From an uncultured Planctomycetota bacterium (GTDB lineage Bacteria; Planctomycetota; Planctomycetia; Isosphaerales; Isosphaeraceae), in the NCBI GenBank assembly GCA_963737655.1, contig CAVTTN010000002.1, positions 7,200,001 to 7,264,000 of the forward strand: 64,000 nt of DNA. The letters run 5' to 3'. Made by a program: the position numbers and the translations under genes. The notes under the pieces were generated by a model. The model made no database searches. It saw nothing but the letters and a program-made list of their open reading frames with translations, and was not told where the DNA came from. Shown in pieces: positions 32,834-43,368 of the stretch. Position 1 is the first letter of the stretch. Each line of letters starts with the position of its first letter.

Positions 32834-33849
32834 ATGCGGTCCCCTCGCAAGATGTTGACTCTCCAGGTGTTCGGGGCCGTCGCGGTCGGCCTCGGCCTGG
32901 GTCCGGCGCCCCTCCGGGCCCAGGACGGCCAGCCCCCGACCGGCCCTCCGGTCACCAATCCCCGAACCAATAGCTCGCTGCCCCAGACCGGCGGGGCGAC
33001 CACGCCCAATACCACGGTCCCCGGCGGAGGGACCGGCACCCCGGCCGCCCCCCGGACCACGGCCGACATCCTGCCGGGCATCCCCGAGACCGCCCGAGAC
33101 CCCGCCCCTCCGGGAACCCGGGGCGTCCGGGTGGACGTCCGGGCGCGAATCCCGCGGCCCCCGGGGCGATCCCGCCCGCCCCCCCGATCATGAATCGCGG
33201 ACTGCCCCGGGGCGTCCAGGTCGCCGAGGGCGTCGTGACCCGGATCGACCGCGCCGGCAAGAACCTCAACGGCGAGCTGATCCGCTTCGCCTTCGACCCC
33301 TCGCAGGACTGGACCGGCTACGTCGATCGAGGGGCCATCGGAGTTCCCGAGAACAACGCCGATCGCCCCAAGACCACCCAGGATGAGAAGGCCGCCAACG
33401 AGCAGGCCCACGCCGACAAGCCCGAGGCGCCGAAGGTCCTGGAGATGGTCATCAGCAAGCGTTCCTATATCTACACCTACGCCCGGACCCCCGACGGCAT
33501 CGACCTCTACGGGGCCCAGACGGCCAGCTCGCCCGACTCCACCAGCTCTCGGACCGGCCTGACCCGCCGCCCGGCCTCGGCGCCGACCGGGCAGCCCCTC
33601 GCCACGAACTTCACCAACATCAAGGAAGGCTCCTTCGTGGCCGTCCGGTATCGCCGGGTGGGCGACCTCAACGAGGTCCTGAACCTCAGCCTGATCGAGT
33701 TCCCGATCGGCCAGCCGGGCGAGACGGTCGGCGGAGCTCCCGCCCCGGGCCTCCCGGGCGGCCCGGCCGCGCTGCCCCCCGGACCGGGCAACGTCCGCAT
33801 CCCGAGCGTCCCGACCGCCCCGGTCGGCACCTCCACGTTGCCCCGATAA
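32834..33849 (+). CDS. Secreted Pro/Thr-rich hypothetical protein, with an apparent frameshift near 33139
   Basis: Signal peptide ending LRA-QD; one added C gives GVRVDVPGANPAAPGAIPPAPPIMNR, joining the N-terminal part to ORF 33190..33849. Confidence 0.7.
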
Positions 33850-34719
33850 TCCCCCCGATCTCGGGAAATGACCAGACGGCGGCCGGCCCCTCGATCTCGG
33901 ATCGGGGCGCCGGCCGCCTCGCCATTTCCGGGGACGTTCGCGATCGGGGCGGGGCACATGGGTCGGCGGCCTCGGGACGGAGAGGAGATGCGTCGCGGCC
34001 CGTCCTCGACGGACCCTTTCCCCTCACCATCGCGACCGAGGCCCTCCGGCGATCGCTCCATCCGAAAAAAATGCGCCGGCCATCCGCCCGGATCGCGTCC
34101 CGGGTCGGTCGCGACGAAGCCGAGAGGCGTTCCGGTCATGGCACGCCGGGAACGCCTTTTTCGACCCCGAATCTTCTCGGTTCTGCGAGTCGCAAACCTT
34201 CAGGCCATCGCCCGTTACGGCCGAATAAGATTATTGATTCCGATATTCAAGTTCGTTTTGTGGCCACGGTCGTTGCGCACGCGAATTCGCTTCAATACAA
34301 GCGGAATTCGATGCTTTGCGACGTAAAGTGTAGTCAACTTTTCCCGAATTCGGGGATTGTCAAATCTCAGGCTGGCAACGTCGGTAAAATTATTCAGCGT
34401 TCTTTTTGATAAAATTGACTTGCGCAAGTATGTGATGGATTCGGCGGAAGGAGGTCGCCTCGCGGGGAGTCACCGGGGCTCATCCGTCAAAAAAATGTGA
34501 TGAATAGATCGGACCGGGATCGGAAGGACCGGCCCATCGGCCTTCGGGCGATCCGGGGGGACGGGACGACCTCCGTGATCGCCGGCCGCCCCTCGACGGC
34601 GCCGGGGCGAAATCCGGATCCGTGGCGGACTTTTATATATATTGTTATATTGATGTTATGATTGAAAATCGGGTTATCCAATCGCAAGGCGGATTCGATC
34701 GGGTCGATCGGCCCGGGGC

Positions 34720-35733
34720 TCAGCGGCCGTGCCCGGCGATCGCGTCGAACGTGGAGACCTCGTCGCGATCGTAGACGAACCGGGCGGGGAGGCCGACGAC
34801 CCGGGCCGCGCCCCGGTCCCGGAGCGGTCGGCGAAGCGCGGGGAGGGCCTTGGCGGCGACCAGGGCGGTGACCCTCCAGGACGGCGCGCCCCCTTCGGCC
34901 CAGACCTCGCCCCGGGCGACGTGGCGGGCCCCGCGATCGGCCAGGAGGGCGGCGACGGCCGAGGAGGCGTCGGGATCGGTCCCGGGCGCGCCGACGACCT
35001 CCAGGTGGAGCCAGCCCTCGGAGGCCCTCACGCCGTCGATCGCGTCGAGCAGGAGGGCCAGGGGCGAGCCCGGCCCCTCGGCGGCCAGCGACTTCAGGGT
35101 CGGCCCGTGGCCGATCAGGCAGGCGGCCGATTCCAGGACGGTCCCCCCCTCGACCTCCCGGAGCCGGTTGTCCTTCAGCGTCGTCCCCGAGCTGGCCAGG
35201 TCCACGATGATGTCGGCGATCCCCAGGCTCGGGTGCAGCTCCAGGGCCCCGTCGGATTCGATCATCTGGTAATGATAGATTCCATACTTCCGAAAATACG
35301 AACGCACGAGCGAAGGATACTTCGTCGAGACGCGGAACGTCCGCCCGGCGGCCTTGAACTCGGCGGTCAGGTCCGCCAGGTCGATCGCGTGGACGACGTC
35401 GATCCAGCTCTCGGGGACGGCGACGACCAGCCGGCAGCCCCCGTAGCCGAGGTCCTGGATCACCACGAGGACGTCCTCGGCCTCGGCCGATCGTTCGGCG
35501 AAGACGTCGAACCCGGTGACGCCCAGGTGGCACCGGCCCTCCTGGACCTGGGTGACGATGTCCGCCGGCCTCATGAAGACGACGTGGAACCGCGGGTGGC
35601 CGGCGATCACGGCCTCGTATTGACGATCGCTCGCGCGACGGACCTTGTATCCGGCCGTCTTGAGCAAATCGACGACGCCTTCATACAAGTGCCCCTTGGA
35701 GGGGATGGCCAGGCGGATCGGGTCGGCGGGCAT
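34720..35733 (-). CDS. hisG: ATP phosphoribosyltransferase HisG (337 aa)
   Basis: MPADPIRLAIPSKG, RPADI, LGVTGFD, LGYGGCRLVVAVP, STKYP and ADIIVDLASSGTTLKDNRL. Confidence 0.95.
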   Translation of the reverse strand: MPADPIRLAIPSKGHLYEGVVDLLKTAGYKVRRASDRQYEAVIAGHPRFHVVFMRPADIVTQVQEGRCHLGVTGFDVFAERSAEAEDVLVVIQDLGYGGCRLVVAVPESWIDVVHAIDLADLTAEFKAAGRTFRVSTKYPSLVRSYFRKYGIYHYQMIESDGALELHPSLGIADIIVDLASSGTTLKDNRLREVEGGTVLESAACLIGHGPTLKSLAAEGPGSPLALLLDAIDGVRASEGWLHLEVVGAPGTDPDASSAVAALLADRGARHVARGEVWAEGGAPSWRVTALVAAKALPALRRPLRDRGAARVVGLPARFVYDRDEVSTFDAIAGHGR

Positions 35734-35734
35734 C

Positions 35735-37247
35735 TCAGGGGGCCTCGCGGCGGGAGAACACGTCAGCAAGCCCGGAGGCGTCGGCGGCCCGAACCTCCCT
35801 CGGCGAGTCGTCGCCGACGGCCCATTCCTGGATCGACCCGGCCCCGTCGATCGGGCCGAGGACGCGATAGAACCGCGGATGGCGGCGCCCAGGGCCCGGC
35901 GGTTGGCCTCGGCCGGGGGCGGGTCGTCCAGGTCCAGGACGACGCTTTGATGGGTTTTTCGAAGGCCGGAGGCGAGCCGGATGGCCGGGAGTTTCGCCCC
36001 GGGGGCCGCGAACACCGAGATGCCGATTCCCGATCGGGATCGGGCCGGGAAATCCGAGGAGGGGGCCACGCTCGCCAGGCGTTCCAGGCCGAACGCGAAG
36101 CCGGCCCCGCGGTCGTCGCCCGACCCGCCGAGGACGCGGGCCAGGCCGTCGTAGCGGCCCCCTCCGCAGACCTCGAACGGGCCGTCGGCCGTCGGGACCA
36201 CGATCTCGAAGACCATCCGCGAGTAGAAGCCGATCCCCCGGCCGAACCCCAGGTCCAGGTCCACCGAATCGAGGTCCAGCCCGTAGGCGTCCAGGGCGCC
36301 GACCAGCGCCCGGAGCGACGCGACGGACTCGGGCGCGACCTGGGCGAACGAGGCTTCGAGCCGGGCCAGGACGTCGAGCGCCGGCCCCTTCAGGTCGGCG
36401 AGCTCGCGGACCCGGTCGCGCAAACGATGGAGCACGTCGTGGAGAGAGTGCGCCAGGTCCCACTTGCGCCCCAATCGGTCGAGGATCTCGCGGCCCGAGC
36501 GACGGCCGGTGACGTCGGGCACCAGGGTGCGGAACAGGCGATCGACGCCGGGGTCATCGGCGGCCCCGGTGGCCGAGGGTCGCGGAAGGTCGTCGGCCGG
36601 GCCGGAGATCAGGCGGGCCATGCTCTCCAGGGCCGATTCGAGGGCGGCGATCCCCCGGCCCTCGGCGGCGGCCTCGCTGAGCCTCTCGACCATCGCGGCC
36701 CTCGCCGCTTCGGGCAGGCCGGACCGGGCGAGCGTCTCCAAGATCAGCCCGACGTGGCCGACCCGCACCCGGGCCGGGATCGGCGCGACGCGGTCCAGCG
36801 CCGACCGGGCCAGCCAGATGATCTCGGCGTCGGCCTCGGCCCCGAGGCGCCGAGCATCTCGACGCCCACTTGCGTGAACTCGCGATCGAATCCCGGTCGG
36901 CCCGATTCGTCGCGGAACACCGGCCCCGACACGCAGACCCGCCAAGGCACCGGGAGGGGCTCCGCCGACTCGACGAACGCCCGGACGACGCCCGCCGTGA
37001 GTTCGGGGCGGAGACTGAGCCGGCCGCCGTCGGCCACCTCGAACAGCTTCGAGACGATCCCCGCGCCGCTCTTGCGCTCGTGGAGGTCCGCCCTCTCCAG
37101 GACCGGCACCCGCATCGGCCGGTAGCCGACGGACCGGAAATGATCGATCAACGTCCCTTCGAGCCAATACAGTGGTTCATACGAGGACGGGAGCCAGTCC
37201 CGGGTGCCCCGGACCAGGCCGACGGGCTTCTCCGAGGGCGCGCTCAC
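35735..37247 (-). CDS. hisZ: ATP phosphoribosyltransferase regulatory subunit HisZ (HisRS-like), with two apparent frameshifts (about 36838 and 35889)
   Basis: RGTRDWLP, LRPELTA, GPVFR and REFTQVGVE, then in another frame RGIGFYSRMVFE and GGGRYDGL; lies between hisS and hisG; adding two bases restores one 504-aa frame. Confidence 0.85.
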
Positions 37248-38716
37248 GACCCCACCCCCGCCAGGGCCCGGGCCGTCGCCGCCTCGAGGTCCGCCCAGGC
37301 GATCGCCCGGGTCTCCTGCCTCGTTTCCAGATTTCTCAGGTTGAACACCTGCTTCTCCATCTCGTCCGGCCCCACGATCACCGCGAGCCGATGCCCGCGA
37401 GACGACCCGTAACCCATCTGCTTGCCGATGGCGATCGGGTCGGGGAAGACCTCCGCGCCGATGCCCGCGGTTCGAAGCCTCGCCGCCAGGCGGACGCTCA
37501 CCGCCGGGTCGCCGCCGGGGAAATTGGCGACCAGGATCGGCGCCGGGGCCGTCGTCCCCCCCAGGGCCTTGGCCTCGTCCAGCAGCGCGAGCAGGCGGTC
37601 GAGGCCGATCGACGCGCCGACGCCGGGTAGTTTCCTTGACGTGAACAAACTTGCCAGGTTGTCATAGCGACCGCCCGAGGCGATCGAGCCGAACCGCTCC
37701 CAGCCGTCCACCGTGGTCTCGAAGACGGCGCCGGTGTAGTAGTCCAGCCCCCGGGCCAGGCCGAGGTCGATCGCCACGCGGCCGGCCGGGACGCCCGAGG
37801 CGTCGAGCAAATCGAGGATCGTCCGAAGGTTCGCGATCCCCTCGGCGGCCCTCGCATTCGAGCCGAGCGACGACTCGGCCGCCTTCAGGACGTCGGCGGT
37901 CCCCCGGCCGTTCTCGACGAATTCGAGGACGCGGAGGGCCTGTTCCGCGGTCAAAGCCGGCCCGGCGGGGGTCTCCGGCTGGTCGCGATGCGAGGTCGGC
38001 TCGCCCGATGCGGCGAGGTCCGCGTCCTTGGACCAGGAAAGGTCGGGGCTCATCACGCCGGCCGGTCCGGGAGCGGCGGGCCTGGGCGTCTCGCCCGTCG
38101 TGAGCTCGTTCAACACGCCGTCGCGGCCGATCTTCGCGAGCTTGTCCAGCGACCGGAGGATCGCGCCTCCCCTGGTCGAGAGCCCGAGCGAATCGAGCAG
38201 GCCATCCAGGATCTTGCGATTGTTCAAATGAATCGTGAACGGCGGGACGCCCGCCGAGCTCAGCGCCGAGTGGATCACGGCGGCGGTCTCGGCGTCGGCC
38301 ACGGGGCTCTCGGTGCCCACCGTGTCGAAGTCGCACTGGGTGAACTCGCGGAACCGGCCTTTCGCGGGCCTCTCGCCGCGGAACACCGAGCCGATCGCGT
38401 ACCTCTTGAACGGGACGCCGAGCTCCTCGACGTGCTTCGCGACGAACCGGGCCAGCGGTACGGTGAGGTCGAACCGGAGGGCTAGCTCGCCGGGCGTCCC
38501 GCCCTTGTTGGTGACCTCGAAGATCTGCCGGAGGACCTCCTCCGAGCCGGCGCCCTTGCCGGTGAGGACCTCCATCCGCTCGATGTGAGGCGTCTCGATC
38601 GGCAGGAAGCCGAAGGCGGAGAACGTCTCGCGGAACGAGCGGAGCATCCGCTCTCGCGGGATGGTCACGCTCGGGGGCAGGTCCCTCAGCCCGCTGGCCA
38701 CGCGCGGATCGATCAT
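37244..38716 (-). CDS. hisS: Histidine--tRNA ligase
   Basis: LRFDLTVPLARF, FRGERPAKGRFREFTQCDFD, LARGLDYYTG and GGRYDNL; anticodon-binding C-terminus. Confidence 0.96.
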   Translation of the reverse strand: MIDPRVASGLRDLPPSVTIPRERMLRSFRETFSAFGFLPIETPHIERMEVLTGKGAGSEEVLRQIFEVTNKGGTPGELALRFDLTVPLARFVAKHVEELGVPFKRYAIGSVFRGERPAKGRFREFTQCDFDTVGTESPVADAETAAVIHSALSSAGVPPFTIHLNNRKILDGLLDSLGLSTRGGAILRSLDKLAKIGRDGVLNELTTGETPRPAAPGPAGVMSPDLSWSKDADLAASGEPTSHRDQPETPAGPALTAEQALRVLEFVENGRGTADVLKAAESSLGSNARAAEGIANLRTILDLLDASGVPAGRVAIDLGLARGLDYYTGAVFETTVDGWERFGSIASGGRYDNLASLFTSRKLPGVGASIGLDRLLALLDEAKALGGTTAPAPILVANFPGGDPAVSVRLAARLRTAGIGAEVFPDPIAIGKQMGYGSSRGHRLAVIVGPDEMEKQVFNLRNLETRQETRAIAWADLEAATARALAGVGS

Positions 38717-38831
38717 GGAACGGGCTTCCTGGGGCGACGAATCGGCAATTCCGGATCGACGATGTTACCAGAATGGGCCGGGAGTTGTCAGCGGTCGGCG
38801 GTCAGGTTGGGTCAAGCCCTCGATCCCGGTC

Positions 38832-38869
38832 CGGGTGGCATGCTTACGTCCGCCTAAGCATGCCACCCG
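38832..38869. repeat. GTGG-type REP palindrome, same family as 32415-32652
   Basis: cgggtggcatgctta-cgtccgcc-taagcatgccacccg, a 15-bp perfect stem. Confidence 0.82.
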
Positions 38870-38884
38870 ACCGCCGAGAGCCCC

Positions 38885-40318
38885 TCACCCCACGATCGGC
38901 CGAATCACCGTTCCATGAACATCCGTCAATCGGCGGTCGATGCCGTTGTGGCGGAAGGTCAGCCGCTCGTGGTCGATGCCCAGGAGGTGGAGGACGGTGG
39001 CATGAAGGTCGTAGCCGGAAGTGACGCCTTCGACCGCGCGATAGGACCATTCGTCGCTGGCGCCGTGGGTGGTCCCGCCCCGGATCCCGCCTCCGGCGAG
39101 CCAGGAGGTGAAGGTGGAGGGGTTGTGGTCGCGGCCCTTGCCGCCCTGGCTGCACGGCATCCGGCCGAACTCGGTGGTCCAGATCACGATGGTGTCATCC
39201 AGAAGCCCTCGCGCCTTCAAGTCCCGGAGGAGCGCGGCGGCGGGCCGGTCCATGCTGCGGCCCATCAGGCCGTGGTCCCGGGCGATGTCCTCGTGGGAGT
39301 CCCAGTTGCGGCGAGGGAAGCCGTTGTCGGCGCCGCTCCAAACCTGGACGAACCGCACCCCGCGCTCTAGCAGCCGACGGGCGACCAGGCAGTTGCGGCC
39401 GAAGTCCTCGGTGACCGGGTCGTCCAGGCCGTAGAGCGACCTGGTGGCGAGCGATTCGCCCGAGAGGTCCAGGACCTCCGGGGCGCTGGTCTGCAACCTC
39501 GCCGCGAGTTCATACGAGGCGATCCTCGCATCGAGACGCGAGTCGCCTTCGCGGTCGCGGCGGTGGTCCTCGTTCAGGGAGCGGAGGAGGTCGCGGCCGT
39601 CTCGCTCGGCGTCGGCGGAGAACTCGGGCGATCTCGGGGGGAACAGGTCGTGGATCGGGTTCCTCGCGCCGGGCTTCACGGCCGTCCCCTGGGCGGTGGC
39701 CGGGAGGAAACCCGACCCCCAGTTCGCCGGGCCGTTCGGGGCGTAGCCTCGCGAGTCGGGCAGGACCACGAACGTGGGCAGGTTTTCATTCATCGAACCG
39801 AGGCCGTACGCCACCCACGCCCCGACGCTGGGGAACCCCGGGAGGACGAACCCGGTGGCCTGGAGGAACGTCGCCGGGCCGTGGACGTTCGACTTCGACA
39901 CCATCGCCGGGAGGAATGCCATGTCGTCGACGCACCCGGCCAGGTGGGGCACGAGGTCGCTCATCCACTTGCCCGACTCGCCGAATTGCCGCCAGTTCCA
40001 GGGGCTTTTCATGACGTTCTCGGGCGATGACTGGAACAGCTCGACCTTGCCGCCGGGGTCGAACTTCTCGCCGTGCCTGGCGATCAGGGCCGGCTTGTAG
40101 TCGAACGTGTCGCACTGGCTGGCGGCGCCGCTCATGAACAGTTGAACGACCCGTTTCGCCCTCGCGCGATGATGCAAGCCGCCGTTGAGGTCGGGTCGGG
40201 GGCCGTCGGCGGCGAGGAGGCCGTCGGAACCCAGCAGGCTGGCCAGGGCGATCCCGCCCAGCCCCCCGCCGAGGTCCCAGAGGAAGGCGCGACGGTCGAG
40301 GCGGCGGGGCGTGGCCAT
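38885..40318 (-). CDS. DUF1501 domain protein (Tat-like N-terminus)
   Basis: DRRAFL, ARAKRVVQLFMSGAASQCDTFDYKP, WTTEFGRMP and GRDHN. Confidence 0.92.
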   Translation of the reverse strand: MATPRRLDRRAFLWDLGGGLGGIALASLLGSDGLLAADGPRPDLNGGLHHRARAKRVVQLFMSGAASQCDTFDYKPALIARHGEKFDPGGKVELFQSSPENVMKSPWNWRQFGESGKWMSDLVPHLAGCVDDMAFLPAMVSKSNVHGPATFLQATGFVLPGFPSVGAWVAYGLGSMNENLPTFVVLPDSRGYAPNGPANWGSGFLPATAQGTAVKPGARNPIHDLFPPRSPEFSADAERDGRDLLRSLNEDHRRDREGDSRLDARIASYELAARLQTSAPEVLDLSGESLATRSLYGLDDPVTEDFGRNCLVARRLLERGVRFVQVWSGADNGFPRRNWDSHEDIARDHGLMGRSMDRPAAALLRDLKARGLLDDTIVIWTTEFGRMPCSQGGKGRDHNPSTFTSWLAGGGIRGGTTHGASDEWSYRAVEGVTSGYDLHATVLHLLGIDHERLTFRHNGIDRRLTDVHGTVIRPIVG

Positions 40319-40341
40319 GAGGGGTGTCCGGTCGGGACGGG

Positions 40342-43308
40342 TCAATCTACAAACACGAATTCATTCGCATTGAACAGCACGCGGCACGCCGCCGCCAGCC
40401 CGCGACGCCTCGCGAACTCCGCCAGTGCGGAGCGTTCGGCCACGGTCGGCGGCCTCCCGAACGCCAGGAGGAACGCCGCTTCGACCCGCTTCGCCGGGTC
40501 GGGCGAGGCGGCCTCCAGCCGTCGGGCGAAGGCCTCGGATTGGCGGATCATGAACGGATCATTCGAGAGCGTGAGCGCCTGAAGCGCCGTGATCGTGGCG
40601 TTGCGGACCGGCGTCATGGCGTTCGGGTCGGCGCCGTCGAGGCATTCGACGAACGGGTTCGGCACGCTGCGGACGGCGAAGCGGTAGACGGCCCTCCGGC
40701 GGCATTCCGGGGCGTTGATCCGCTCGGGGTCCTCGTGGTCGTAGATCGGCGAGTGATCATCCTTGAACCGGAACGGCTCCCAGCCGGGGCCACCCATGGC
40801 CGGGTCCAGCTCGCCCGAGGCGGCCAGGACGGCGTCGCGGATGGCCTCGGCCTCCAGCCGGCGGCGATCCTGCCTGCAGAGCCATCGGTTGTCGCCGTCG
40901 ATCGCCGCCTTCGCCCCGTCGTGGGCCGAGGATTGCCGATACGCCGCGCTCGTGACGATCGTCCGATGCAGGGCCTTCAGCGAGCCGCCGCCGTCCCGGA
41001 ATTCGAGGGCGAGCCAGTCGAGCAATTCGGGGTGGGAGGGCGCCGAGCCGTTCCGGCCGAAGTCGTTGGGCGTGTCCACGATCCCCCGGCCGAAGTGGTA
41101 ATGCCAGACTCGGTTGACGATGGAACGCCATGTCAACATGTTGTCGCGATCGGCCAACCACGAGGCCAGGGCCGCGCGTCGCGGCCCCTCATCGTTCGCG
41201 CCGACCGCGGAAAAATCGCTCTCGAAGCCCGGGACGCACGAGAGGGCGCCGGGGCCGACCGGCTCGGCGGGCTGCTCCACGTCGCCCCGCTTCAGGAGCC
41301 GGATCGGTCGCGGAGCACGGGGGATGGGGCCGTAGAAGAAGCCCGTCGAAGGCACCTGATCGAGCGCCCGGGAGGCTTCGGAGACGGCGAGGGAGGTCCG
41401 GTCGATCTCGGCGTGGAGTTCGGGGGAGATCATGGAGGAGGCCGTTTCGGCTCGCTTCCGAACCGCGTCGCCAAGCCGGGCGAGCAGGGCGCACCGCAGG
41501 TTCTCGGCCGAGTCGTCGGCCTCGGGCCGTCGGCCCCGGCTGGTGAAGCCGTCCACGAGGAACCGGGTGCTCCAGCGGCCCGCCTCGATCGAGTCGAGCG
41601 CCGAGACCGGGCGGTCCCTGGCGACGTTCCGGCCTCCGGAGATCACTTCCAGTTCCGAGAGCGCGAACACATAATCGCCGGTTCGTTTCCAGAGGCGAGA
41701 ACCCGTGATTCGGACGAACCTCGCGGGCTTGCCTCCGGGTCGGATCACCACGGGTTCATCGGGCTGCGATTCGGCCTCCGGTCGGTCGATCGCGAGCCGG
41801 ACTTCGGGCCGGGCAAACGTCGGATCGTCGCTCGCCTCGACCCGGAATTGCGAGGGGAAGCCGAACCCGGGAGAGTCGGCGAAATCGGTGGGCCGGGCGG
41901 GAATCAGGCGAATCTCGTCGATCGGCGCCGATTGCCCCAGATCGACCTGGACCCACGCGATCGCCTCGCTTTTCGGGTGGATGGACGAGTGGTAGCCGTT
42001 CGACGGGCTGGTGCCTCCGAGGTTGCTGGGCGGCCCCGCGAGTTCCTTCCGAATCGCCGCGATCTCCTCGTCGATCGGCCGGAGGGCCGGGCCCGCCAGC
42101 TTGCGAGCCGTGGTGTCGAGGGCGTCCTTCCTGGCCTTCGCCTCGCGGAGGGCCTCGGCCAGCGCCGATCGGCGGGCGGAGGCGTCGCGGTCCTCGACGG
42201 CCCGGTCGCCCCGGTCGATCCCCGAGAACACGGCCTGGAGGCGGTAGTAATCTCTCTGGGGGATCGGGTCGAACTTGTGGTCGTGGCAGCGGGCGCAGTG
42301 GACCGTCAGGCTGGAGAAGGTGGACATGACGTTGGCGAGCATGTCGTCGCGATCGATCAGGCGGGTCTTTTCCTTGTCGACGGTCCCCTCGCGGAGCTCG
42401 GCGTGGCCGACGAAGTCCCACGGCCCGGCGGCGAGGAAGCCGGTGGCCACCAGGGCGTCGGGGTCGCCCGGGAACAGGACATCGCCGGCCACTTGCTCTT
42501 TCACGAATCGGGCATACGGCTTGTCGTCATTCCAGGACTTGATGACGTAGTCGCGATAGCGCCAGGCGTTGGGCCGCTTCTTGTCCTTGTCGTAGCCGTG
42601 GGTGTCGCCGTAGTGGGCCACGTCGAGCCAGTGGCGGGCCCATCGCTCGCCGTATCGGGGGGAGGCGAGCAGGCGATCGACGAGCCGCTCGTAGGCATCG
42701 GGCTTCCCATCGGCGAGAAATGTGTCGATTTCCTCGGGAGACGGGGGCAGGCCGGTCAGGTCGAACGCGAGGCGTCGGATCAGGGTCCGGCGGTCGGCCT
42801 CGGGGCTGGGCGAGAGGCCGTTCGCCTCCATCTTGGCGAGGAGGAAGGCGTCGATCGGGCTGCGGACCCATCCGGGCGCGTTCACCTTCGGCGGATCGGC
42901 ATGCCGGAGGGGCTGGATCGCCCACCACGGGCCGGATTTCGCCTTCGCGTCCTTCAGGACGAGCCCTTCGGGCCAATTCGCGCCCGACTCGATCCAGGAT
43001 CGCAGCGCCGCCACCTCGTCCTTCGAGAGCGGCTTGCCCCCCCTGGGCATCTCGGGCGACGGGCCGGAGACTTTTCCCAGGAGGAGGCTCTCGTCGGGCT
43101 TCCTCGGCTCGACGGCGGCCCCGGAATCGCCTCCGAGCGTCGCGGCTTCCCGAGTCGAGAGCGACAATCCGCCCTTTTTCACCGCCTCGGAGTGGCAGCG
43201 GACGCACTTCGCTTCCAGGATCGGCGCGACCGTTTCCCGGAACGAGCGATCGGCGGGATCGTCGGTCGGCAGGGCGGCGAGCAGGGCGAAGAGGGCGGGT
43301 CGGAGCAT
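40342..43308 (-). CDS. PSCyt1 + DUF1549/DUF1553 protein with an inserted discoidin (F5/8-like) domain
   Basis: CVRCH, CARCHDHK, ERWARHWLDVAHYGD, WVQVDLG (discoidin-like) and TALQALTLSN. Confidence 0.9.
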   Translation of the reverse strand: MLRPALFALLAALPTDDPADRSFRETVAPILEAKCVRCHSEAVKKGGLSLSTREAATLGGDSGAAVEPRKPDESLLLGKVSGPSPEMPRGGKPLSKDEVAALRSWIESGANWPEGLVLKDAKAKSGPWWAIQPLRHADPPKVNAPGWVRSPIDAFLLAKMEANGLSPSPEADRRTLIRRLAFDLTGLPPSPEEIDTFLADGKPDAYERLVDRLLASPRYGERWARHWLDVAHYGDTHGYDKDKKRPNAWRYRDYVIKSWNDDKPYARFVKEQVAGDVLFPGDPDALVATGFLAAGPWDFVGHAELREGTVDKEKTRLIDRDDMLANVMSTFSSLTVHCARCHDHKFDPIPQRDYYRLQAVFSGIDRGDRAVEDRDASARRSALAEALREAKARKDALDTTARKLAGPALRPIDEEIAAIRKELAGPPSNLGGTSPSNGYHSSIHPKSEAIAWVQVDLGQSAPIDEIRLIPARPTDFADSPGFGFPSQFRVEASDDPTFARPEVRLAIDRPEAESQPDEPVVIRPGGKPARFVRITGSRLWKRTGDYVFALSELEVISGGRNVARDRPVSALDSIEAGRWSTRFLVDGFTSRGRRPEADDSAENLRCALLARLGDAVRKRAETASSMISPELHAEIDRTSLAVSEASRALDQVPSTGFFYGPIPRAPRPIRLLKRGDVEQPAEPVGPGALSCVPGFESDFSAVGANDEGPRRAALASWLADRDNMLTWRSIVNRVWHYHFGRGIVDTPNDFGRNGSAPSHPELLDWLALEFRDGGGSLKALHRTIVTSAAYRQSSAHDGAKAAIDGDNRWLCRQDRRRLEAEAIRDAVLAASGELDPAMGGPGWEPFRFKDDHSPIYDHEDPERINAPECRRRAVYRFAVRSVPNPFVECLDGADPNAMTPVRNATITALQALTLSNDPFMIRQSEAFARRLEAASPDPAKRVEAAFLLAFGRPPTVAERSALAEFARRRGLAAACRVLFNANEFVFVD

Positions 43309-43368
43309 GGGTCATCGCCCTTGAAGAGTGAGCGAGGGGGCGAGTCAGTCGTCGAACTCACGGTGCCC

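Noticed and set aside
34620..34665. dif site
   Set aside because: The match to the XerD arm (TTATGTTAAAT) is weak and there is no clear XerC arm.
34720..37167. 815-aa ORF that looks like a HisZ-HisG fusion
   Set aside because: The linker reads as off-frame sequence. The alternative frame gives a natural HisZ C-terminus that stops at 35735, right before the hisG ATG, so a one-base error explains the fusion.
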